Shown piece by piece: positions 25,093 through 34,904 of a stretch of DNA of 43,564 bases. The notes beneath the pieces are model-generated. The model searched no databases. It saw nothing but the letters and a program-made list of their open reading frames with translations, and was not told the DNA's origin. The translations under genes were made by a program, and so were the position numbers. The stretch comes from an uncultured Eubacteriales bacterium (lineage in GTDB: Bacteria; Bacillota; Clostridia; Lachnospirales; Lachnospiraceae): positions 1 through 43,564 of the forward strand of contig CADCQD010000083.1 of NCBI GenBank assembly GCA_902803485.1, read 5' to 3'. Positions within the stretch are counted from its first letter, which is position 1, and each line of letters starts with the position of its first letter.

Positions 25093-25155
25093 GCCGGATC
25101 ACCAACAGAGATCCGGCGGACCAGAGACCGGAAAGCAGCTGCTTTCCGGTCTCTG
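25093..25155 (+). terminator. Two consecutive hairpins after the GH18 gene
   Basis: GCCGGATC...GATCCGGC (25093-25117), then a perfect 34-bp palindrome CAGAGACCGGAAAGCAGCTGCTTTCCGGTCTCTG (25122-25155). There is no clear U-tract. Confidence 0.5.
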
Positions 25156-25203
25156 AAATCAATAGGAGATATGCGCTGCAGGGTGTGTATCAGAGGAGCG
25201 GCA

Positions 25204-26625
25204 ATGGCAAAAAAACATGATGCGGATATGACGCAGGGCGTGGTCTGGAAGCAGATCATGAACTTCGCGGTGCCGATGATGATCGGTCTGATCTTCCAGC
25301 AGCTTTATAACACCGTAGACACCATTGTGGTGGGACAGTTCGTGGGAAAGGAAGCACTGGCTGCCGTAGGCAGCACCGGCACCATTATCAATATGCTGGT
25401 TTCCCTCAGCGCGGGCCTGTCCTCCGGCGCCATGGTCATGATCTCCCAGCATTACGGAGCGCATAACGACAAACGTCTGGACGACGCGGTACAGACCACC
25501 ATCGTCATTACCTTCCTGCTGTCCGTTTTCATCACCTTCGCCGGGATCCTGCTGGTGAAACCGATGCTCCGGATGATGCGGACGCCGGACGACGTTTTTG
25601 ATATGGCAGTGGAATACCTGACCATTTATTATGCCGGCATCATCGGCCTGATCTTCTATAATATGACCTCCGGCATCATGCGGGCCGTGGGAGATTCCCG
25701 GCGTCCGCTGTATTTCCTGATCTTCTCTGCATGCACGAATATCGTGCTGGATCTTCTGTTTGTGGTCCTGTTCCGGCTGGGAGTCGCGGGTGTCGCGTAC
25801 GCGACGGTCCTTTCCCAGCTCATATCCGCGGTGCTGACCTTATGGGTACTGACCCGGACGGACGCGCCCTATGCCATAAAGTGGAAGAAACTCAGAATAG
25901 CGAAAGCGGAATTCCGGCGGATCCTTTCCATCGGGCTTCCCACTTCCGTCCAGCAGGCCGTGACGTCCTTTTCCAACGTTTTTGTTCAGTCCTATATCAA
26001 CATACTCGGCTCTGCCTGTATGGCCGGCTGGTCCACATACGGCAAGCTGGACGCCTTCGTTCTGGTTCCGATGCAGGCGATCTCTCTGGCGTCGTCCACC
26101 TTTGTAGGCCAGAACTACGGCGCGCGGCAGTTCACCCGGGCCAGGAAGGGCATCAATGTATCCCTGGGCCTTTCTGAAGTGATCACGATCGCGCTTGGCG
26201 TCTTTGTTGTGGCTTTCGCGCCGCAGCTGATGCGGATGTTCACTTCAGACCAGGAAGTCATTACCTTCGCGTCCTTCTTTGTCCGGATCATCACTCCCTT
26301 CTACGTATGCAACTGCGTGAATCAGATCTACGCAGGCGCGCTCAGGGGAATCGGCGACGCGGTCATCCCTACAGTGGTGATGCTGGCATCATTTGTCGCT
26401 TTCCGGCAGGTTTTCCTGTTTGGCAATAAAACATTGTTTGAGGGTACGCAGACTTACATTTACGGTATCTCGCTGGCTTATCCCAGCGGCTGGGTGATGT
26501 GTACGATCCTGATGACCATTTTTTATCGGAAGAGCATCCTGTTTATTGCCCAGGACGGCGAAGACGCCCGGGCGCTGAAGGAAAAACTGAGGATCAGGAA
26601 AAAGTACTCAAAGAAGAAAAAATGA
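25204..26625 (+). CDS. MATE family efflux transporter
   Basis: MAKKHDADMTQGVVWKQIMNFAVPMMIGLIFQQLYNTVDTIVVGQFVGKEALAAVG is the classic MATE N-terminus. It has 12 TM helices. RBS AGAGGAG lies before ATG 25204. Confidence 0.88.
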   Translation: MAKKHDADMTQGVVWKQIMNFAVPMMIGLIFQQLYNTVDTIVVGQFVGKEALAAVGSTGTIINMLVSLSAGLSSGAMVMISQHYGAHNDKRLDDAVQTTIVITFLLSVFITFAGILLVKPMLRMMRTPDDVFDMAVEYLTIYYAGIIGLIFYNMTSGIMRAVGDSRRPLYFLIFSACTNIVLDLLFVVLFRLGVAGVAYATVLSQLISAVLTLWVLTRTDAPYAIKWKKLRIAKAEFRRILSIGLPTSVQQAVTSFSNVFVQSYINILGSACMAGWSTYGKLDAFVLVPMQAISLASSTFVGQNYGARQFTRARKGINVSLGLSEVITIALGVFVVAFAPQLMRMFTSDQEVITFASFFVRIITPFYVCNCVNQIYAGALRGIGDAVIPTVVMLASFVAFRQVFLFGNKTLFEGTQTYIYGISLAYPSGWVMCTILMTIFYRKSILFIAQDGEDARALKEKLRIRKKYSKKKK

Positions 26626-26703
26626 TCCGGACAGATGCGGTATCGCCGGTATTTTGATGAAGACATTCCATAGTAATGAGTCAATAGATAGACGGAGGTG
26701 TTT

Positions 26704-29526
26704 ATGAATCAGACAGCAGTAATCTTTCCCCCGCTTTCAGAGCGTGAACTGAAAAACGCGGCCATCGCGGAAAACGCGGCCATGGAGGGTATGGTCCTTC
26801 TTGAGAACCGGAACGGAGCGCTTCCTCTTTCGAAGGATCAGAAGATCGCGATGTTCGGAAACGGCGCGGTCCGGACCGTCCGCGGCGGCACCGGTTCCGG
26901 TGATCCTTTCAACGGCGGGCTTTCCGGCGGCGGCGCCTTTGACGTTGACCAGTCTCCCAGGTATCACATCCACATCCTGCCGGCCATGAAAAAGGCAGGC
27001 TTTGAGATCGTGAATGAAGAAATGCTGAATGCCTGGGCGGAAAAGTATGATGAAGCAAAAAAGAATGCCGCGAATCTGGTGATGCAGTCCTTTATGTTCC
27101 CGGAGGAGCCGCTCACGGAAGAACTGCTTTCCGGGATCGCCGCAGAAACGGATACCGCGGTTATAGTGTTTTCCAGAAACGCGGGCGAAGGCCATGACCG
27201 TACCGTAGAGAACGATTATTGTTTTTCCGATACAGAGAAAAAGAACCTGGAACTGATCCGGAAGGCTTTTCCGGCCGTGATCCTCATTCTGAACGTGGGC
27301 GGACCGGTTTCCACACGGGACGTGAAGGAAGCGGATGCGGACGCAGTGCTTCTCATGGGCCAGTCCGGCCAGGAGGGAGGCAGTGCCGTCACAAAGATCC
27401 TTCTGGGCGATGTGACGCCTTCCGGGAAGCTCAGCACCACCTGGGCCGGGGATTACTGCGAATATCCGGGTTCAGACAAGTATCTTTCCGATCCCGCGGT
27501 CTCTCTTTATGAAGAGGGGATCTACGTGGGTTACCGGTATTTCGACACCTTCGGCAGGACCGCGGGGTATCCCTTCGGTTACGGCCTTTCCTATACGGAT
27601 TTTGACGTAAAGCCTCTGGATGCCGGCATGGACGGACAAATCGTAAGAGTGGACGTCAAAGTCACGAATACGGGTAATTTCGCGGGTAAGGAAGTGGTGC
27701 AGCTGTACGTCAGCGCGCCTTCCACCGAACTGGATATGCCGTATCAGGAACTCCGGGGTTTTGAAAAGACGAAGCTGCTGATGCCCGGCGAGACAGAGAT
27801 CCTTCAGATCCGTGCGGACCTTCGGGCGCTCAGTTCCTACAGTTTCAATGAAAGCGCTTATATTCTTTCCCGGGGGTACTATATACTCCGGGCGGGCACC
27901 TCTTCTGTGGATACCGTACCGGTCGCGGCCATCCGCATTCCGGAAACGGTAAAAACGATCCTGGTAAATCATGTGCTGCCTCTCCGGCGGGAGCTGGCGG
28001 AAAAGACCGGACTTCAGGGCGATGACCTTTCCAAAGAAGCGGAAGGCCTTCCGGTGCTGGCACCGGAGAAGCTTCCTGAACTGTGGGACAGACGTTCTCC
28101 CTACGCGGATGAGCATGTAACGACCTACACCTTTGATCCATCGTATCAGCCTGTCATGCCGTATGAAGAGGTGAAAGTCCTTCCGCAGCAGTCCGGCACC
28201 TATCAGGATCTTCTGGATGGCAGGATCTCTGTGGAAGCGTTCCTTGCCCAGCTCACGGAGGAACAGCTCTCCGACTTTGTATGCGGGACCGGCTGGGGAG
28301 TCGCGGATGACGCGAGCCCCATCGTGGGAGGAAGTTCCGAGTCCGTACCCGGCGCCGCGGGGGAGACTACGCATCAGCTGGAAGAAAAATATGGCGTGCC
28401 CTCCATTGTTCTTGCGGACGGCCCCGGCGGCGTGCGTGTGACACAGGAATTTACCGCGACCAACGTGGAGACCGGAGAGAAGCAGACGGTATACCATTAC
28501 GCCATTGCCTGGCCGGTGGGCACTACGCTGGCTCAGTCCTTCAACCGGGAGACCCTCTGGGAAGTGGGTCTCGGTATCGACGCCGATATCCGGTCCATGA
28601 ATGTGGCGGTGATCCTGGGGCCCGGTGTCAATATCCACAGAAATCCTCTGTGCGGGAGAAATTTCGAGTATTTCTCCGAGGATCCGTATCTTGCGGGTGA
28701 AATGGCCGCAGCCATTACCTTAGGCATTCAGAACGGCAATACCGGCGCCGCGAACATCAAGCATTATGCCGCGAATAACCAGGAGACGAACCGGCATGCC
28801 AATGACTCCGTGGTTTCCGAGCGGGCGCTCCGGGAGATCTATCTGGAACCTTTCCGCAAATCCGTGGAACAGGGCCATGCCATGACATTTATGACGTCCT
28901 ATAACCTGATCAACGGTGTACCGACAGCGGACAGCTACGACCTCTGCATCAATCTTCCCAGAGGCGAGTGGGGCTTCGATGGGATGATCATGACCGACTG
29001 GAACGGTGGCAGCAGCACTCCCCGGATCTCCATGCACGCAGGCAATGATATGATCATGCCCGGCGGACCCATGCGGGCGATGAACATCCTGACAGCGCTG
29101 AAGAAAAAGGAACCGGAATTTGATGCGCGCGGCCAGGTACAGGCGATCAAACTGGTACCCTTCCGGGAGGTCTATTCTCTGAAGTGGAACGCGTTTGAGC
29201 CTGCGAAAGACGGCGGTGCCCGGGTACAGGCTGTTCTTGGAGAAGGTTACAGGGCGGAAGTCTCAGAGGATGGACGGATCCTGGTGGACGGCAGGCCTCT
29301 GTATCTTTCCACCGGCACCATGTTTGAAGCTTTCCGGGATCCGGAACACTTCAGGTCATTCCGGGATGAAGTCACCACGGAAGACGCGGAGGTCTCCGCG
29401 GACGGAAAGGTCCTTACCTACAAGGTACGGGACGTCTTTACGCAGACCATCTGTATCGGCGATGTCCAGGCGAGAGCCGCGGCCATCCTCCGGACCATTA
29501 TGAAACTGAGACCGCAGGGAAAGTGA
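26704..29526 (+). CDS. GH3 beta-glucosidase/beta-xylosidase-type enzyme with permuted domain order
   Basis: The GH3 C-terminal-type sandwich comes first (LENRNGALPL, VIVFSRNAGEGHDR, LMGQSGQEGGSAVTKILLGDVTPSGKLSTTW, YPFGYGLSYTDF). A Fn3-like module follows (VVQLYVSAP...ELRGFEKT). The GH3 barrel comes last (VLADGPGGVR, GRNFEYFSEDPYL, KHYAANNQETNR, SYNLINGVP, GMIMTDW). GGAGG lies 6 nt before ATG 26704. Confidence 0.9.
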   Translation: MNQTAVIFPPLSERELKNAAIAENAAMEGMVLLENRNGALPLSKDQKIAMFGNGAVRTVRGGTGSGDPFNGGLSGGGAFDVDQSPRYHIHILPAMKKAGFEIVNEEMLNAWAEKYDEAKKNAANLVMQSFMFPEEPLTEELLSGIAAETDTAVIVFSRNAGEGHDRTVENDYCFSDTEKKNLELIRKAFPAVILILNVGGPVSTRDVKEADADAVLLMGQSGQEGGSAVTKILLGDVTPSGKLSTTWAGDYCEYPGSDKYLSDPAVSLYEEGIYVGYRYFDTFGRTAGYPFGYGLSYTDFDVKPLDAGMDGQIVRVDVKVTNTGNFAGKEVVQLYVSAPSTELDMPYQELRGFEKTKLLMPGETEILQIRADLRALSSYSFNESAYILSRGYYILRAGTSSVDTVPVAAIRIPETVKTILVNHVLPLRRELAEKTGLQGDDLSKEAEGLPVLAPEKLPELWDRRSPYADEHVTTYTFDPSYQPVMPYEEVKVLPQQSGTYQDLLDGRISVEAFLAQLTEEQLSDFVCGTGWGVADDASPIVGGSSESVPGAAGETTHQLEEKYGVPSIVLADGPGGVRVTQEFTATNVETGEKQTVYHYAIAWPVGTTLAQSFNRETLWEVGLGIDADIRSMNVAVILGPGVNIHRNPLCGRNFEYFSEDPYLAGEMAAAITLGIQNGNTGAANIKHYAANNQETNRHANDSVVSERALREIYLEPFRKSVEQGHAMTFMTSYNLINGVPTADSYDLCINLPRGEWGFDGMIMTDWNGGSSTPRISMHAGNDMIMPGGPMRAMNILTALKKKEPEFDARGQVQAIKLVPFREVYSLKWNAFEPAKDGGARVQAVLGEGYRAEVSEDGRILVDGRPLYLSTGTMFEAFRDPEHFRSFRDEVTTEDAEVSADGKVLTYKVRDVFTQTICIGDVQARAAAILRTIMKLRPQGK

Positions 29527-29555
29527 TGATACGGACCTGACAGAAGGAGATGACG

Positions 29556-30287
29556 ATGAAGATCACAAAATCAGTTTACGCGGTATCCGGAGCGTTTTAT
29601 GACGTGCTTGGAAATGTTTACGCGATCCGGGGAGATAAGGGAGTCGCGCTTGTGGATACGGGAGAACAGACGGCGGCAGAAGTGATCGAAGCTTCCCTGG
29701 CGCAGTGGGGTATGGGGGATCTTCCGGTCACCCATGTATTCCTTACCCACGGGCATATGGATCACGCGGGCTCCGCGGCGTACTTTCAGAAAAAAGGCGC
29801 GAAGATCATCGTTCACGAAAAAGACGCGCATTTCCTGAGGGACGGCGGTTTTCCGGAAGGCACCACGCCTTACGGCAGCGACTGGATCTTTCCGGCCTGT
29901 GAACCGGATATCATATTCCGCGAAAAAGAGACGCTGGAATTTGAAGATTTTCGCCTGACCGCTTATCCTCTGCCTGGACATACGGACGGAAGCACGTTTT
30001 ATGAGATGGAAGACGTACGGGAACGTACACCGGACGGACCGGGCAGGACGGTCCTGTTTACAGGAGATACTTTTTACTTTGACCGGGAATGCGCGGAGGA
30101 CCACATCGTACTCTGCTGGAAGGGCAGTCCGGATTATGATCCGGTGAAGCTGGAAAAGAGTTTTGATTTCGCGTTCCGGCAGTTTTACCCGGACGTGATC
30201 CTCAGCGGGCACGGCATGCCGCTTCTCGCGAACGGACATGAAGTGATCTGCGCGGCAGCGCGGAAGTTCCTGAATACATACAGATAA
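29556..30287 (+). CDS. MBL-fold metallo-hydrolase
   Basis: VFLTHGHMDHAG (HxHxDH), LPGHTDGS and SGHG. RBS AAGGAG lies 6-7 nt before ATG 29556. Confidence 0.8.
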   Translation: MKITKSVYAVSGAFYDVLGNVYAIRGDKGVALVDTGEQTAAEVIEASLAQWGMGDLPVTHVFLTHGHMDHAGSAAYFQKKGAKIIVHEKDAHFLRDGGFPEGTTPYGSDWIFPACEPDIIFREKETLEFEDFRLTAYPLPGHTDGSTFYEMEDVRERTPDGPGRTVLFTGDTFYFDRECAEDHIVLCWKGSPDYDPVKLEKSFDFAFRQFYPDVILSGHGMPLLANGHEVICAAARKFLNTYR

Positions 30288-30300
30288 TGATCTGAGGCTA

Positions 30301-30343
30301 GCCGCCTTCATCGCAGGACCGTGATGAAGGCGGCAGTTTTTTT
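30301..30343 (+). terminator. Rho-independent terminator
   Basis: GCCGCCTTCATC (30301-30312) pairs with GATGAAGGCGGC (30323-30334), followed by AGTTTTTTT. Confidence 0.8.
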
Positions 30344-30365
30344 CAAAAAATACACAAAACCCTCT

Positions 30366-30420
30366 TTACAAACCACACAGAGTGTGGTAATTATTATGCA
30401 AAGGTACTTGTATACAAGTA
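30366..30420 (+). promoter_or_regulatory. Candidate promoter with two palindromic GntR-type operators
   Basis: TTTACA (30366-30371), 17 nt, then TGgTAATTA (30386-30394). The inverted repeat ACCACAC-AGA-GTGTGGT (30372-30388) fills the spacer. A perfect 16-bp palindrome TACTTGTATACAAGTA (30405-30420) sits just downstream. Both contain the GT...AC core used by GntR/FadR-type regulators. Confidence 0.5.
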
Positions 30421-30468
30421 GACAAGACCACAAGACAACCCCGAAAACATGAAAAGAGGATACCTGCC

Positions 30469-31143
30469 ATGTTAGTTCCGGACCGTTTACCGAAAGAGTC
30501 CGCAAGAGATTTCGCGTTCCGTACGCTCAGAGAGAATATCATTTCCCTGGAATTGAAGCCCGGGACCCAGATTTCGGAAAATGAGATCGCGGCAGAACTG
30601 GCTCTCAGCCGCACCCCGGTGAGAGAGGCGATCATCGACCTCTCCAAGGCGTCCATCATCGAGATCTTTCCCCAGAAGGGATCTTACGTGACCCTGATCG
30701 ATCAGAAGATGGTAGAGGAATCCCGGTTTGTCCGGGACGTACTGGACAAAGCTGTGATACAGCTGGCCTGCGGCGGATGTTCCCGGGAGGCGCTGAATGA
30801 AATGGATGAGAACGTGCTCCTCCAGCAGTTTTATCTGGAAAAAGGAGACGGCAGCAGGCTTCTGACGCTGGACAATCAGTTCCACCGGCTGATCTATATC
30901 GCGGCGGATATGGAAACCACGTACCAGATGCGGTCCTCTATGATGCTTCATTTCGACAGAGTCCGGTCGCTTTCCTTGTCGACGGTGAAGGATACCAAGA
31001 TCGTCCAGGACCACTGCGAAATGCTGGACGCCATCAAAGCCGGCGACCGGGAAAAAGCGGTAGCGCTGGTGGACAAACATCTGAAGAGATATGAACTGGA
31101 TAAGCTCTGGATGCGGAAAGAGCATCCGGAATACTTTAAATAA
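30469..31143 (+). CDS. GntR family transcriptional regulator (FadR/FCD-type C-terminal domain), UxuR-like
   Basis: N-terminal winged HTH LKPGTQISENEIAAELALSRTPVREA. The helical C-terminal domain has FHRLIY and DHCEMLDAIKAGD. Confidence 0.85.
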   Translation: MLVPDRLPKESARDFAFRTLRENIISLELKPGTQISENEIAAELALSRTPVREAIIDLSKASIIEIFPQKGSYVTLIDQKMVEESRFVRDVLDKAVIQLACGGCSREALNEMDENVLLQQFYLEKGDGSRLLTLDNQFHRLIYIAADMETTYQMRSSMMLHFDRVRSLSLSTVKDTKIVQDHCEMLDAIKAGDREKAVALVDKHLKRYELDKLWMRKEHPEYFK

Positions 31144-31191
31144 ACGCATGCGCCTTCCTGCATGGACAGGGGCGGAAAGAGAGTATATCAG

Positions 31192-32139
31192 ATGGCCAGA
31201 ACCAGAAAAAACGCGGTACCTGGGAAAAAGACGGGCTCCGCGTATTTCAGAAGATATTACCAGCTGTACCTGCTGCTTCTGGTACCATTGCTTTATCTTC
31301 TGATCTTCAAGTATATCCCCATGTGGTATATCATGATCGCCTTTAAGAAATACAGTATCGTATCTCCGGTCATTGATATGAAGTGGGCGAAAAACCACGG
31401 ATTTGAATATTTCATCAAGGCATTCAGGAGCAAAGACTTCATCGTCGCGCTGAAGAATACGATCACGCTGAACCTGCTGGACCTGGTGTGCGGCTTCCCC
31501 GTTCCCATCATCTTCGCGCTGGTCCTGAATGAGATCCGGATGAAGCGGTTCAAGAAGGCGGTGCAGACCATTACGTATATGCCGCATTTCCTTTCCTGGG
31601 TCGTCATTTACGGACTGGCGCTTCAGCTGTTCGCTCCGTCTACGGGTTATGTGAACCTGCTGCTTTCCCGGATGGGCTGGAAGACCATCGATTTCCTCGG
31701 GACCTCCCGGAACTGGGTCCGGACTTATATCGGCCTCGGGATATGGCAGAGCTTCGGCTGGAACTCCATTATCTACCTTGCCGCGATCGCCGGCATTTCT
31801 CCGGAATTATATGAGGCGGCCAGTGTGGACGGCGCGGGACGCTTCCAGAAGATGTGGCACATTACGCTGCCGGGCATCCGTTCCACCATCATCGTGCTGC
31901 TGATCATGGCCCTCGGCAATATCATCGGTTCCGGTTTCGACCGCCCCTTTGCCCTGCAGAACAATCTGGTCATGGACAGGGCGGAAGTCATTGCCACGTA
32001 TGTTTACAAAGCCGGTATCAAGGGATCCCAGTTCTCGCTGACAGCAGCCGTCGGCCTGTTCCAGTCGGTAGTGAACGTGATCTTCCTTCTGGGCGCCAAC
32101 TGGCTGTCCAGGAGATTCGGCGAACGCGGTATCTGGTAA
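31192..32139 (+). CDS. Sugar ABC transporter permease (LplB-type)
   Basis: FRRYYQLYLLLLVPLLYLLIFKYIPMWYIMIAFKKY is an LplB-like N-terminus. The EAA loop is ELYEAASVDGAGRFQKMWHITLPGI. Confidence 0.85.
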   Translation: MARTRKNAVPGKKTGSAYFRRYYQLYLLLLVPLLYLLIFKYIPMWYIMIAFKKYSIVSPVIDMKWAKNHGFEYFIKAFRSKDFIVALKNTITLNLLDLVCGFPVPIIFALVLNEIRMKRFKKAVQTITYMPHFLSWVVIYGLALQLFAPSTGYVNLLLSRMGWKTIDFLGTSRNWVRTYIGLGIWQSFGWNSIIYLAAIAGISPELYEAASVDGAGRFQKMWHITLPGIRSTIIVLLIMALGNIIGSGFDRPFALQNNLVMDRAEVIATYVYKAGIKGSQFSLTAAVGLFQSVVNVIFLLGANWLSRRFGERGIW

Positions 32140-32151
32140 GGGGTGAACGGT

Positions 32152-33036
32152 ATGGAAGAACGGAGAGAAATACATTCCATCAGATCCAGGATCGGAGACA
32201 CGATCTTTGTGATCCTCTGTATCATCATTTCGCTTTTGTGCGTCGTTCCGATGCTGAATCTTCTGGCGAAGTCCCTGTCGGGCACGGATTACCTGATCAG
32301 AAGAGAGGTCTATCTGTGGCCGAAGGGCTTTAACCTGGACGCCTACGCCCATGTGCTGAAGGATCCGAAGTACATCAAGGCCTTCATCTGGACGGCGTTT
32401 CTGACTGTCGGATGCACAGTGCTTTCCCTGACGATGACCATGCTCTGCGCCTATCCGCTGATCTATGAACAGCTCAAAGGGCGGAGGATCATCAATATCC
32501 TGATCACGATCACGATGTTCTTTAATGCAGGCATCATTCCGAATTACCTGCTGCTCCAGAGGATCCACATGCTGGATACCGCCTGGGCCCTGGTGATTCC
32601 GAGCTGCATGAGCGTTTACAATATGATCATCATGAGGAGCTTCTTCTATGGCATTCCGGTATCCCTCCGGGAGTCGGCACAGATCGACGGTGCCAGCGTG
32701 ACGAGAATCCTGTTCAGTATCTATGTGCCGCTCTCCAAACCGGTACTTGCGACGCTGGCACTGTTCTATGCCGTAGGCAGATGGAACGGCTATTCAGATG
32801 CTCTGATGTATATCAAGAACAAAGATCTGTACCCGCTGCAGCTTCTTTTGTACAACATTCTGAATAACATCAATTCAGTGGAAGTCGCGACCCAGGAAGG
32901 CTTCTCGTCCCCGGGACTCAGTGAAGCCATCAAGTGCGCCATCGTCATGTTCTCGACGGTGCCGATCCTCTTAGTGTATCCGTTCCTTCAGAAGTATTTT
33001 ATTTCCGGAGTGACGCTGGGCGCGGTGAAAGAGTGA
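32152..33036 (+). CDS. Sugar ABC transporter permease (LplC/YtcP-type)
   Basis: The EAA loop is LRESAQIDGASVTRILFSIYVPLSKP, with six TM helices. ATG 32152 is favoured over the track GTG 32143 by RBS spacing. Confidence 0.85.
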   Translation: MEERREIHSIRSRIGDTIFVILCIIISLLCVVPMLNLLAKSLSGTDYLIRREVYLWPKGFNLDAYAHVLKDPKYIKAFIWTAFLTVGCTVLSLTMTMLCAYPLIYEQLKGRRIINILITITMFFNAGIIPNYLLLQRIHMLDTAWALVIPSCMSVYNMIIMRSFFYGIPVSLRESAQIDGASVTRILFSIYVPLSKPVLATLALFYAVGRWNGYSDALMYIKNKDLYPLQLLLYNILNNINSVEVATQEGFSSPGLSEAIKCAIVMFSTVPILLVYPFLQKYFISGVTLGAVKE

Positions 33037-33135
33037 GGCGGCATTTCCGGTCTCACGGAAAAACTGCCCGGAAAAACGGTAACTGCAGTGCAAGCTGTAA
33101 TTATAAACAAACCATCATGACAAGGGAGGTCAAAA

Positions 33136-34857
33136 ATGAAAAAATTATTGGCATTGGTACTTGCATTTGTAATGCTGTTTTCACTTGCAGCATGTGTAAG
33201 TCCGAGTGTAGCGCCGGAACCCGCCGCCCCTGAAGAACAGGCGGAACCGGAAAAGGAAGAAGCAGCTGAACCCGCGGAAGAAGCAGAGGCCGAAGGCGAG
33301 GCTGAAGCGGCTGATTCTGAACTGGCTGACGGCAAATTCGCCGAGACCAGGCACATCACCGTCGAGATCTACGACCGCAACAATGACGGCGGCTCAGATC
33401 CGACAAACAACATGTACACAGAGTATATCAAGAACGGCATGCTGGAAAAGCATAATGTAGAAGTTGAGTTTGTCGCGGTTCCCCGCTGGACTGAAGTCGA
33501 TGACATCAATACTCATCTGGCAGCCGGTACGGCTCCTGATATCTGCGTCACCTATTCTTATCCGACCATCAAGGCCTATGCGGATATGGACGCGGTGATC
33601 AACCTTCGCCCGTTCCTGGATGAATACAAGGCGGAGCTTCCGAACCTCTGGAACTGGCTGGGCGAGACCAACCTGTACTGGGATTCCGACCCGAATGACG
33701 GAACGACCTGGGCGATCGAAGCAAAACTTGCGAATATGAACCGCGTGATCACCTTTGTCCGTAAGGACTGGCTGGACGCGCTCGGACTGGAAGAGCCCGC
33801 CACGAAAGAACAGTTCCACGATATGCTGGTCGCGTTCAAGGAGAACGCGGATACCCTTCTCGGCGACGACGCCGACAAGATCGTTCCCTACTCTGTTTCC
33901 TTTGACGTCGGCTGGAGAGCAGCGACTCTGATCGAATCCTTCCTGGATCCGGATATGTCCGACAAAGAGTATTACGTCAACGGTTTTGATGACAGAAAGC
34001 TGACACAGAACGGTACAAAGGAAGCTGTCAGGCTTCTGAACGAATGGTATAACGAAGGCCTGATGTGGGATGATTTCGCCCTCTACGGATCCGGCGACAC
34101 CACAGAGGACGATATGATGAAGGCCGGCTATGTGGGCGCGTTCTCCCACAACTGGGACTACCCCTGGAGAGGCGGAGATGATTCCATCGCGGCGAACCTG
34201 AAGAGACTTGTGGGCGAAGACGCGAAGTACATCGCGATCGATCCCTTCGAAGATAAGAACGGCGGCCATAACAAGTTCCTCGCCGGCCCCATCGACCGTA
34301 AGGTATTCTTCCCCATCACCAATGACGAGCCTCTGGCATCCATGCTGTATCTGGATTTCATCTCTGATCCTGAGACGATCCAGTTCCTGCAGATCGGTGA
34401 AGAGGGCGTGACGCACAATGTTCTTGATGACGGCGCCATTGAGATCATCGCCGCGACCGGCGACGCGATCCAGAACTCCGGCATGAACATTGACTATACC
34501 ATTACCTGCAACGGCCTGCATCTGCTTACAGATGAGCTGACGAACAAGTCTCTGGCGCACACCTACGCAGGCATTGATCCTGAAGACGTGCTCCGCGCAA
34601 ATGAGATCGCGAAGACAGATACACGTGTCGGTATCAACGTCCAGGCAGGCGATATCGAAGCGGAAGGCGGCGTAGGCGATACCCTTTCTTCCAAGAGAGA
34701 CCAGGTATACGACCTTGCGGTCAAGGCAGCTGAAGGCGAATTCGATGCGGTCTGGGACGAAGGTATCGCGGATTACCTTTCTTCCGGCGGACAGGATATC
34801 ATCGATGAAAGAACTGCGGCCTGGGATGCCGTTTACTCTTCCGAGAATATCAGATAA
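33136..34857 (+). CDS. Extracellular solute-binding lipoprotein (LplA-type, large family-1 SBP)
   Basis: Lipoprotein signal MKKLLALVLAFVMLFSLAAC (lipobox LAAC), then an acidic Glu/Ala/Pro linker, then an SBP body of about 500 aa. RBS GGGAGG. Confidence 0.85.
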   Translation: MKKLLALVLAFVMLFSLAACVSPSVAPEPAAPEEQAEPEKEEAAEPAEEAEAEGEAEAADSELADGKFAETRHITVEIYDRNNDGGSDPTNNMYTEYIKNGMLEKHNVEVEFVAVPRWTEVDDINTHLAAGTAPDICVTYSYPTIKAYADMDAVINLRPFLDEYKAELPNLWNWLGETNLYWDSDPNDGTTWAIEAKLANMNRVITFVRKDWLDALGLEEPATKEQFHDMLVAFKENADTLLGDDADKIVPYSVSFDVGWRAATLIESFLDPDMSDKEYYVNGFDDRKLTQNGTKEAVRLLNEWYNEGLMWDDFALYGSGDTTEDDMMKAGYVGAFSHNWDYPWRGGDDSIAANLKRLVGEDAKYIAIDPFEDKNGGHNKFLAGPIDRKVFFPITNDEPLASMLYLDFISDPETIQFLQIGEEGVTHNVLDDGAIEIIAATGDAIQNSGMNIDYTITCNGLHLLTDELTNKSLAHTYAGIDPEDVLRANEIAKTDTRVGINVQAGDIEAEGGVGDTLSSKRDQVYDLAVKAAEGEFDAVWDEGIADYLSSGGQDIIDERTAAWDAVYSSENIR

Positions 34858-34904
34858 AGCACTGTGATCCATACGGGGTTTCCCGTTTGAGATCCACAGA
34901 GGCC

